Part shown: positions 61,680 through 64,000 of the stretch, piece after piece
Layout of the letters: every line of letters begins with the position of its first letter
How positions within the stretch are numbered: position 1 is the stretch's first letter
Assembly (NCBI GenBank): GCA_012295275.1
Contig: CM022670.1
Coordinates: 37,696,001 to 37,760,000 of the forward strand
Origin: Chrysomallon squamiferum
Lineage: Eukaryota > Animalia > Mollusca
DNA length: 64,000 bases
Direction of reading: 5' to 3'
Translations under genes and position numbers: made by a program
Notes under the pieces: generated by a model
Seen by the model: only the letters and a program-made list of their open reading frames with translations
Told to the model about the DNA's origin: nothing
The model's database searches: none

Positions 61680-64000
61680 GTGAGTTACAGACACAGGTGT
61701 AAATCCACAAAATTATTTTTGCATGGACAGGTGTTTCTCAAACTTCGATATTTTGACCGATGACATCGGTGATGTTGATGAGTCACCATTCGACACAAAC
61801 AGTAGTTAGTTTAAGTTTGTATCACGCCAGTTTTTAAGTAGCAAATGTTACAACTAATCTGACATCAGTATGTCTGAATACAGTTTATAATTAGTAAATT
61901 ACGATTAAAACCATAAAAGGTTGTTTTGGATTGACAGAATCAGATAGTATACTTCTAGTATTACCATTACTAGTATTTGTATTAGTATTACTTTTACTAA
62001 TAATGTTTTTCGGAAAGCTATATAGTAATATACAGTATATAGTTTAAATCAATGCTTGCATATATAATGATGTCATTTGGACTTATTAATTTAGAATTTA
62101 GGGGGGATTTTGGTTTTAAAAAAAAAAGAACAAAATGGCTGAAGAACTGTGAGAAACAAATTGAATATATAATGATGATATAAATTAATAAAAACCTTGC
62201 CTTAAAATAGTTTAATTTCACTTAACAAACTGTCATTATCAATAGATGTTTCTCTATCATTCAGATACTGTTTGTGTTGATGGATGAAACTGATGTAAAC
62301 TTCAACTTTTCATTGAAGATTACTGAAAATTGAAAAGTTAATGACTTAGTTGATAAACTTTGTGATACTGACAATAAAAGACTGAAATATTCCAGTTATG
62401 AAATATTTCTTTTGACAAATGTCTTTGTGTTTAACAAGAAGGTCAATGTTATATAATGGAATGTTTTTTCCAAGTTTTATGAAATATTTATTATTATTAA
62501 TCTTTTATGTAACAGAAACATGATAGGTTAATAATAATAAATATTTCATAAACATTGGAAAAAACTTTTAGCCATTGCTTATGTTTGTCAGAATTGTCTG
62601 ATAATAAAATCCTTAAAAACAGTATTCATTGGCAGCTCTGAGATAACTGAAATGCAAAGTCATATTGTCCAGTTGACAAGTTAACCTAGAATAATAATAA
62701 TAATAATAATAAGAAGAAGAAGAAGAAGATAGAAAATAAAAGAAAATAGAAAAAAAAAAATCCTTACATAAAAAAAATAATAAAAAACAACCAAAAATTT
62801 CTTTATTTCAAGTAAATCCTCTTACATTTTTAAGTAAAATACATATGCATATTTCTAGTTATAATTTTTAATGGCCAAACAAGACCACAGTAACACCCCT
62901 CCCTTCAAAAAAACCCTACCTAGCTACAACTAACCACCATAAATAATAATCTTAGGTATTAGATTATATGTCTAAAAAAATATTAAATATTTGTTCACAC
63001 TATGGTTGTTATGTCAAATACCTTGCATGTAAAATAATATAAAGGTAGTAACTTGTAATTGTTCAATTCTTTAATGAAGGTTACATGTATTTAATATGAT
63101 TTACAAGTACAAACCTGATTATTAAGTGTCATTATAAAAACAAAAATAAACACTGGACAGTATGGTGTGTGTTAGTGTGTGCATGCATCATTGCATGTAT
63201 TTCAGAATTGACATATTACATAGTAAATCACAAATCTGAATAAGCTAGTAATTTTAAAACTTTAAACAAAATTAATATCCTGTTTTTCATCTTGATACAT
63301 ATATATTCATTTAGAAACAGTCAATTATTCAGAATGTTTTAAACTGGCTGTAAATGATACATTGTTGTTTGGCAAAAATTGTTTCCCAATATTACTATAT
63401 TTATAAATGATATTACTTTTAGGTAATGCTGTTTCTAGATTTGACCTTGTTTCAATGTCTTGTTTATCATCATAATCATCAACAAATAAACCAGATGTGT
63501 TAGACAATCTGACGTCTACAAATTGTTATCAACAGCCCAACATTCTTAGCAACAGTGTAGCCAGAGCATTAATCATTTAATATAACTTCCTGTTTTTAAA
63601 ATTTGAAACCTGTCATTAAATTGTTTTTGTGTTACTTATGTCCCACATATGAGAGATATTTGTTTATTATTGTAGTATTCTGTTTCTTGCATTTTATCAT
63701 AAATGGTGGTATTTCATGCCTCAGTATGTATACATTATTATGTGTACATTTAATCTTTTGATGATAGAAAATTCTAAAAGTTGCAAACCACCCAAAAATA
63801 AAAGAAACAAAAAAGAAAAATCAGGCAAAATACAACTATTACCAAAAATGTTTTAAAAAAATTTGTGTCTATTTTCTTTTGTTTTCATATTTGATAATTT
63901 AAAAAAAAAAATTTAAATAGAACTTTGGATTCATACAGAGAAAAACATTTTTTTTTTTTTTTCTTTAATCTGGTATCATGCTTACTTTATGAGATACGAT

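Noticed and set aside
61252-61710. 152-aa minus-strand ORF over the Rab10 promoter and exon 1
   Set aside because: Antisense to a clear Rab10 exon; no motif or splice support

Overview
AT-rich, intron-containing animal genomic DNA (probably a mollusc, inferred from repeat content and gene architecture). There are no prokaryotic features. I assembled four protein-coding genes by hand from splice sites and reading phase: (1) a PCMTD-family methyltransferase/SOCS-box gene on the minus strand (CDS 18460->8536, 5 coding exons, ~565 aa); (2) an L3MBTL-family MBT/zinc-finger/SAM chromatin gene on the plus strand, head-to-head with it (CDS 23834-36272, 18 coding exons, ~1674 aa); (3) a MAK/CILK1(ICK)-family TDY kinase (CDS 44162-55423, 14 coding exons); (4) the first coding exon of Rab10 (61553-61679). 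Repeats include a hAT-type MITE, about five decayed copies of one SINE family, minisatellites and microsatellites. The main oddities are in splicing and reading frame: a PCMTD exon end plus splice donor amplified as an intronic tandem array, an L3MBTL zinc-finger cassette exon lacking an in-phase AG acceptor, a 1-nt frame break in a MAK exon, a GC-AG intron and a candidate 6-nt microexon. Two of these could be single-base assembly errors. I found no clearly new biological system.
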